Origin: Acaryochloris marina MBIC11017 | GTDB taxonomy: Bacteria > Cyanobacteriota > Cyanobacteriia > Thermosynechococcales > Thermosynechococcaceae | Length of the DNA: 32,000 bases | Assembly (NCBI RefSeq): GCF_000018105.1 | Contig: NC_009925.1 | Coordinates: 1,230,001 to 1,262,000, forward strand | Direction of reading: 5' to 3' | Part shown: positions 27,463 to 32,000 of the stretch, piece by piece | Layout of the letters: every line of letters begins with the position of its first letter | How positions within the stretch are numbered: position 1 is the first letter of the stretch | Made by a program: the position numbers and the translations under genes | The notes under the pieces: model-generated | The model's database searches: none | The model's input: only the letters and a program-made list of their open reading frames with translations | Told to the model about the DNA's origin: nothing

Positions 27463-29172
27463 GTGAAAATCGAAGCTAATGACAAAGAAATCCAAGATAT
27501 TTTTTCTCTTGGTTACTTCAATATCCCAAGATTTCAGCGTCCATATTCATGGGAAGTTGATGAGGTTGAGAGCTTTTGGAACGATATTATCCTCGAAAAA
27601 AATGAAAGCTACTTTATTGGTTCAATGGTTGTTTTTCAAACCCAAAAACCATACTTTGGAATTGTTGATGGTCAACAACGCTTAACCACCATTACTTTAA
27701 TCTTGTCTGCTATAAGAAATTCTTTTTCAAAAATAGGTGAAGAAAATCTTGCTAAAGGTGTTCACAAGTACATCGAAAAAGCCAATATAGAGAATGAAGA
27801 TGAGTTTGTCCTCAACCCTGAGACTTCATTCCCATATTTCCAAAGTCATATACAATCTTTTAATGGTTATAATATCAACTGCGAAGTGGGCGCTGAAGAA
27901 AAAAAACTTGAGACTGCCTATGAACTTATTAATCATAAGATTCGCGATGCAATACCGGAACTTAATGAAAAAGTAACGTCACAAATAACGCTATTTACTA
28001 ATGCTGTTCAAGCACTTAAAGATTTTAGAGATAGAGTTCTAGCACTTAAGTTAGTTTTCATTCAATTAGATAACGAGGATGATGCATACTTAATTTTCGA
28101 GACATTGAACGCGAGAGGGCGCGATCTAACAACTTCAGATCTGGTAAAAAATCTAATCCTTAAGAAAATAAAAAACACTAGCATTTCTATAGATGAAGCG
28201 AAAGAATTATGGAATTCTATAGTTAGAAATCTTGACAATTATAGTGGCTCTAATATTATTGATAATTTTCTTCTCCATTATTGGGTTTCAGAGTTTAAAT
28301 ACTGCACTGACAAAAAACTTTTTCCAGAAATTAAAAACCATATAAATACGAGTCCAGATTCTGCCAAAAAATTGATTAAAAACTTAGATAATACAGCTCC
28401 ATTGTATGCAGCTCTACTACAACCAGATAGAATGGAATGGGAGAAAGAAGAAGTTGATGTAAAACGATCTCTCAGATCTCTAAATCTATTTAAAGTGAAA
28501 CAACAGACAGCTATGACATTGGCATTAATCAGGTCATATAAGAAAGGAATATTAACTCTTCGAAACTTAAAGCAAGCACTTTCTAAAATTGAAGATTTTC
28601 ACTATTGCTTTAATGCTATAACTTCTCAGAGGTCATCGGGATCCATTGCATCAAATTACTCAAAACTTGCAATCATGCTTACAAAGTCTACTTCGAACGA
28701 TGAGATTCAAGTAGTCCTTAGAAACCTAAAGAAATTCTTAGCCTCTAAACTCCCAGACCGTGAAGAGTTCATCGTTAAGTTTTCTGAGCTTGAATACTCC
28801 TCAAAAAAAACTAAGCAAAAAGCAATTGTGAAATACACACTATCTAAACTTATACCAGTGAACAATTGCGGCCTTGCCGTTGATATAGATAGATTGACAA
28901 TTGAGCATATCATTCCAGAAGCTCTTTTAAAAGAAGATCCTAGTATATTAGTATCAAGTATTGGAAATCTTATTCTTTTAGATGAAAAAACAAATTCAGA
29001 AGACTTGGCAGATAAAATTCCATCAGATAAATTTAAAATACTAAGAGAAAAGAACTATCCCTTAAAAGAAGCTCTAGTAGAACAAGTTATTTGGGATGAT
29101 AAGCAGATAAAGATTAGAGCTAAAGCAATCGCCGAAAATATTTATAATAATATCGTGTCGAATATTGTTTAG
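27463..29172 (+). CDS. DUF262 (ParB/Srx-like NTPase, DGQQR motif) + DUF1524 (His-Me/HNH-like nuclease) fusion protein; GmrSD-like putative type IV restriction/defence enzyme
   Basis: Motifs:
- N-terminal FNIPRFQRPYSWEVDEVESFWNDI and IVDGQQRLTTITLILSAI.
- Central FETLNARGRDLTTSDLVKNLIL.
- C-terminal LTIEHIIPEA...IGNLILLDEKTNSE.
A GTG at 27463 lies 6 nt after GGAGA, and the track start is an in-frame GTG at 27457. The gene is about 30-33% GC on hand-counted lines. Confidence 0.85.
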   Translation: MKIEANDKEIQDIFSLGYFNIPRFQRPYSWEVDEVESFWNDIILEKNESYFIGSMVVFQTQKPYFGIVDGQQRLTTITLILSAIRNSFSKIGEENLAKGVHKYIEKANIENEDEFVLNPETSFPYFQSHIQSFNGYNINCEVGAEEKKLETAYELINHKIRDAIPELNEKVTSQITLFTNAVQALKDFRDRVLALKLVFIQLDNEDDAYLIFETLNARGRDLTTSDLVKNLILKKIKNTSISIDEAKELWNSIVRNLDNYSGSNIIDNFLLHYWVSEFKYCTDKKLFPEIKNHINTSPDSAKKLIKNLDNTAPLYAALLQPDRMEWEKEEVDVKRSLRSLNLFKVKQQTAMTLALIRSYKKGILTLRNLKQALSKIEDFHYCFNAITSQRSSGSIASNYSKLAIMLTKSTSNDEIQVVLRNLKKFLASKLPDREEFIVKFSELEYSSKKTKQKAIVKYTLSKLIPVNNCGLAVDIDRLTIEHIIPEALLKEDPSILVSSIGNLILLDEKTNSEDLADKIPSDKFKILREKNYPLKEALVEQVIWDDKQIKIRAKAIAENIYNNIVSNIV

Positions 29173-29439
29173 TGCTTGGTCACAATAGATTTTCTCCATG
29201 CATCATTGAATCTAATATGAGTCGGTATTGAAAACTCTCTTATATTTTGAGTCTGCTTTCGACCTAATACTTCTATTCGGCAAGTCAATGCAACGAACGG
29301 GCACTAGCACTAGTCCCTTAAGAGGATCTAGATTTCCCTAGCCAAGCCCTCTGCCTCTATTTCCCCTAAAGCCTATAGAATAAGATGATTGCTGATCTCG
29401 ACCCCTGAGTTTTGGAATTTTACAGTATTGTTGTAGATC

Positions 29440-29979
29440 TCAGGCCCTTAATAAAGTCAAGGCTTCCTTGCACCAAGCGATCACATCTATCTCATAACGA
29501 ATACCTTGACGTAGCGTTAAATACTGGCACTTGGCCCCCCAGGATAATTTTTCTGGATCAGCAAAATGCTGCTGCTCAATCTGCTGATAGATCTGCAACT
29601 GCTGCTCATGTTCCTGATGGTAACGACGGAGTTCTGCTAGCAATATCTCAGGCTCTACCAAATCCCCGGCAAACAGCTTCACGAGGATTTCTTCCTTAGT
29701 GCGGCTGCTTTTACTGGGCTGGGCAATCCACTTAGCCATCTCCACCTTGCCCATTTCAGTCAGGTGATAGCACTTTTTGTCAGGGCGTCCCGTTTGGGGA
29801 ATAACCTCACCCGTGATCCACTGCCGTTCCTCTAACCGGTTGAGCTCTCGATAGATCTGCTGATGACTCGCAGACCAGAAATGGCCCACCGAACCATCAA
29901 ACCGCTTCGCCAACTCATAGCCACTGCAGGCTAGATCCGTCAAGGTTGCCAAGATTGCGTAGGAAAGACTCATATGCAC
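29440..29979 (-). CDS. PadR family transcriptional regulator (long, about 180-aa subclass with a C-terminal dimerisation domain)
   Basis: The winged-helix signature is YAILATLTDLACSGYELAKRFDGSVGHFWSASHQQIYRELNRLEERQWI...KKCYHLTEMGK. Confidence 0.9.
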   Translation of the reverse strand: MHMSLSYAILATLTDLACSGYELAKRFDGSVGHFWSASHQQIYRELNRLEERQWITGEVIPQTGRPDKKCYHLTEMGKVEMAKWIAQPSKSSRTKEEILVKLFAGDLVEPEILLAELRRYHQEHEQQLQIYQQIEQQHFADPEKLSWGAKCQYLTLRQGIRYEIDVIAWCKEALTLLRA

Positions 29980-30034
29980 TGATTGACATATTCAAATAAT
30001 TGCATATAGTGAGAATATGCACTTTGTTGCATAT
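29972..30034. promoter_or_regulatory. Putative PadR operator array in the padR / carotenoid-oxygenase divergent promoter region
   Basis: Four copies of one 7-mer half-site in alternating orientation:
- ATATGCA at 29972-29978.
- TGCATAT at 30001-30007.
- ATATGCA at 30015-30021.
- TGCATAT at 30028-30034.
These give perfect inverted repeats TGCATAT-N7-ATATGCA and ATATGCA-N6-TGCATAT. The leftmost copy overlaps the padR start codon. Confidence 0.5.
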
Positions 30035-30066
30035 TACATCGTCTGCGTTGCCTAGGAGACCCACCT

Positions 30067-31506
30067 ATGATCACCCAGTCTCATCCTCAACAATTTCAGC
30101 AACCTTGGTATGGCATGTTTGCCCAAGCTGCACCCGAATTTCCGACCACCCGGTTACCGATTTTGTCCGGGGCTATACCCGAAAACCTCAAAGGCTCTCT
30201 ATATCGCAACGGCCCCGGTCGCCTAAAGCGCGGCGGACAACGGGTTGGCCACTGGTTTGATGGGGATGGAGCCGTTTTAGCCGTGCATTTCGATAGCGTC
30301 AATGCAACAGGCGTCTATCGCTATGTTCAAACCGCAGGCTATCAGGCCGAAGAACAGGCCGATCAATTCTTGATGGGAGGTTATGGCATGCTGCCCGCCG
30401 GATCCCTGTGGCAAAGATTGCGGCAGGGAGCAACCAAAAATGCTGCCAATACCTCTGTGCTTGCCCTCCCCGACAAGCTGTTGACCTTGTGGGAAGGCGG
30501 ACATCCTCATGCTCTGGACTTAAACACTTTGGAGACCCAAAGGCTAGACGATTTGGGATTCCTAGCACCGGATCAGTCTTTCTCCGCCCATCCCAAATGG
30601 GATCCGATCAGCAGCGAAATCTATAACTTTGGCGTTAGCTATAGCAAGCAAGGTCATCTGCATGTCTATCGCTGCAATCAAGAAGGAGCCGTTCAGCGCC
30701 AAACCAAAATTCCGCTCCAGGGCTTGCCGATGATTCATGACTTTGTGATGGCGGGGCCTTACTTAATTTTTTGTATTTCCCCCGTCTTCCTCAATCCACT
30801 GCCTATGTTGGCCCAGCTCAAAAGCTATAGCGACAGTCTCCAATGGAAACCCCAGCAAGGCACTCATATCTTAGTGATTGATCGTGAGTCCCTAGAAGTG
30901 GTCAGCCAAGGTGAAGCAGATCCCTGGTATCAGTGGCATTTTGGTAATGGCTATGTGGACGACCAAGAAAATGTCGTTATCGATGTCGTCCGTTATGCCG
31001 ACTTCAGCACCAACCAGTTCCTCAAAGAAGTAGCCAGTGGTCATCCCCACACGCAAGCAGAAGGACAGCTTTGGCGACTACATCTCGATCCCCAGACGAG
31101 CCAAGTGTTGGAGACCTATAAGCTGATGGACCGCACAGGCGAGTTTCCAGTGGTTGATCCCCATCAGGTGGGACAGGCCCATCGGCATACCTATCTCTCC
31201 ACTCGCCCCACCTCAGACCCTACAACAGAACTCTTTCGTGAGATTGTCAGCTTCGATCACGTCTCGCAACAACTCAGCAGTGTGCAGATGGGCGATCAAG
31301 CCTATTGCAGTGAGCCCATCTATGCTCCTGATCCCGATCACCCTGGACAGGGCTGGATTCTGACCGTGGTCTATCAAGCTGCATCCCATACTAGTGAGGT
31401 GTGGATTTTGGCCGCCCATCGTCTTGAAGAAGGCCCGATTTGCCGATTAGGATTACCTAGCGTCGTCCCCATGGGGTTTCATGGCACTTGGCAGCCGAGT
31501 TTGTAA
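30067..31506 (+). CDS. Carotenoid oxygenase family protein (apocarotenoid-15,15'-oxygenase / ACO-like, RPE65 superfamily)
   Basis: 479 aa with LKGSLYRNGPGRLKRGGQRVGHWFDGDGAVLAVHF. All four iron-ligand His contexts are present: FSAHPKWDP, PMIHDFVM, YQWHFGNG, PMGFHGTWQP. Confidence 0.9.
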   Translation: MITQSHPQQFQQPWYGMFAQAAPEFPTTRLPILSGAIPENLKGSLYRNGPGRLKRGGQRVGHWFDGDGAVLAVHFDSVNATGVYRYVQTAGYQAEEQADQFLMGGYGMLPAGSLWQRLRQGATKNAANTSVLALPDKLLTLWEGGHPHALDLNTLETQRLDDLGFLAPDQSFSAHPKWDPISSEIYNFGVSYSKQGHLHVYRCNQEGAVQRQTKIPLQGLPMIHDFVMAGPYLIFCISPVFLNPLPMLAQLKSYSDSLQWKPQQGTHILVIDRESLEVVSQGEADPWYQWHFGNGYVDDQENVVIDVVRYADFSTNQFLKEVASGHPHTQAEGQLWRLHLDPQTSQVLETYKLMDRTGEFPVVDPHQVGQAHRHTYLSTRPTSDPTTELFREIVSFDHVSQQLSSVQMGDQAYCSEPIYAPDPDHPGQGWILTVVYQAASHTSEVWILAAHRLEEGPICRLGLPSVVPMGFHGTWQPSL

Positions 31507-31630
31507 CCCTCATCAAGCAAGGGGAGAAGGAAGCAAAGTACAATGCTACACACCTCAGCAATTCATCCTTTCGCCAAACGTTTGTGAGATAGTAACTGAG
31601 GCCCGCAATCCTTCACGTGCAAGTTTGTCT

Positions 31631-32000
31631 ATGCCCAAATTCCCTTTGCGTCGGTCTAAGGCCCAAGCGGCCAGTACCGAAGAGACGCCTGGACTAGGCA
31701 CATTTGCAGGGGTTTATACCCCCTCCCTGCTCACCATCCTGGGCGTAATTATGTACCTACGCTTCGGTTGGGTTGTGGGTAATGTCGGCCTCTTCAATAC
31801 CCTAATCATCGTCACCTTAGCCACTTCGATCACCTTTTTGACGGCCCTGTCTATTTCTGCGATCGCAACCGATCAGGTGGTGCGCACGGGGGGAGCCTAC
31901 TACATGATTAGCCGCTCTCTGGGCATTGAGACGGGTGGGGCTGTGGGGATTCCCCTCTTTTTTGCCCAGGCGGTTTCCGTGGCCCTCTACACCATTGGCT
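31631..32000 (+). CDS. Cation-chloride cotransporter-like permease (APC superfamily), N-terminal fragment running off the window
   Basis: Hand translation gives MPKFPLRRSKAQAASTEETPGLGTFAGVYTPSLLTILGVIMYLRFGWVVGNVGLFNTLIIVTLATSITFLTALSISAIATDQVVRTGGAYYMISRSLG. The GTF.GV..P....ILG.I...R.GWVVG and GG.YY.ISRSLG blocks are typical of SLC12-like bacterial transporters. Confidence 0.72.
   Translation, partial: MPKFPLRRSKAQAASTEETPGLGTFAGVYTPSLLTILGVIMYLRFGWVVGNVGLFNTLIIVTLATSITFLTALSISAIATDQVVRTGGAYYMISRSLGIETGGAVGIPLFFAQAVSVALYTIG

Noticed and set aside
26961-29203. 9-bp direct repeat TCCATGCAT at 26961-26969 and 29195-29203 bracketing the low-GC insert (possible target-site duplication or att remnant)
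   Set aside because: My rough estimate is that a single 9-mer match between two flanks of about 150 bp is expected by chance at about the 5-10% level (150 x 150 / 4^9). The left copy lies about 120 bp outside the compositional boundary and inside the hicB 5' region. No integrase is present.
1-32000. Search for CRISPR arrays, tRNA/rRNA genes, IS elements/transposases, integrases and reverse transcriptases/retrons
   Set aside because: I saw no regularly spaced direct repeats, no T-loop/acceptor-type tRNA signatures, no rRNA-like stretches, and no ORFs with DDE, tyrosine-recombinase or RT motifs. This was a visual scan only. tRNAscan-SE, Infernal and ISfinder would be decisive.

Overview
This is a cyanobacterial chromosomal segment. 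Evidence: at least 10 HIP1 palindromes (GCGATCGC), about 50% GC in hand-counted lines, a Nostoc-type bacterial dynamin-like protein, and typical cyanobacterial gene order.

Core content:
- A truncated SDR gene, thrC and an L,D-transpeptidase.
- A long minus-strand translation cluster: rpmJ-rpsM-rpsK-rpoA-rplQ-truA-rplM-rpsI-rpmE-prfA (2853-8668).
- A divergent B12-dependent methionine synthase, metH.
- A TM/pentapeptide-repeat protein, and a GDPD plus PAS-GAF-GGDEF-EAL gene pair.
- A solitary BDLP dynamin, a class V aminotransferase, arfB and a GIY-YIG protein.
- At the right end, a PadR regulator divergent from an apocarotenoid/carotenoid-cleavage oxygenase, then the start of a cation-chloride-cotransporter-like permease.

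The accessory part is about 24.2-29.4 kb. It holds an orphan 313-336 aa protein with a CheD/CNF1-like Cys-His motif, a frame-split RHH-like small ORF, ychJ, and an orphan hicB. It also holds a sharply low-GC insert (about 30-33% GC versus about 50-57% in the flanks) carrying one DUF262/DUF1524 (GmrSD-like) gene.

I recognised no rRNA, tRNA, CRISPR array, transposase or integrase. All family assignments come from motif reading by eye, with no database search. I found no clearly novel multi-gene system. The best candidates for follow-up are the low-GC GmrSD-like insert and the orphan CheD-like protein with its neighbouring broken RHH ORF.
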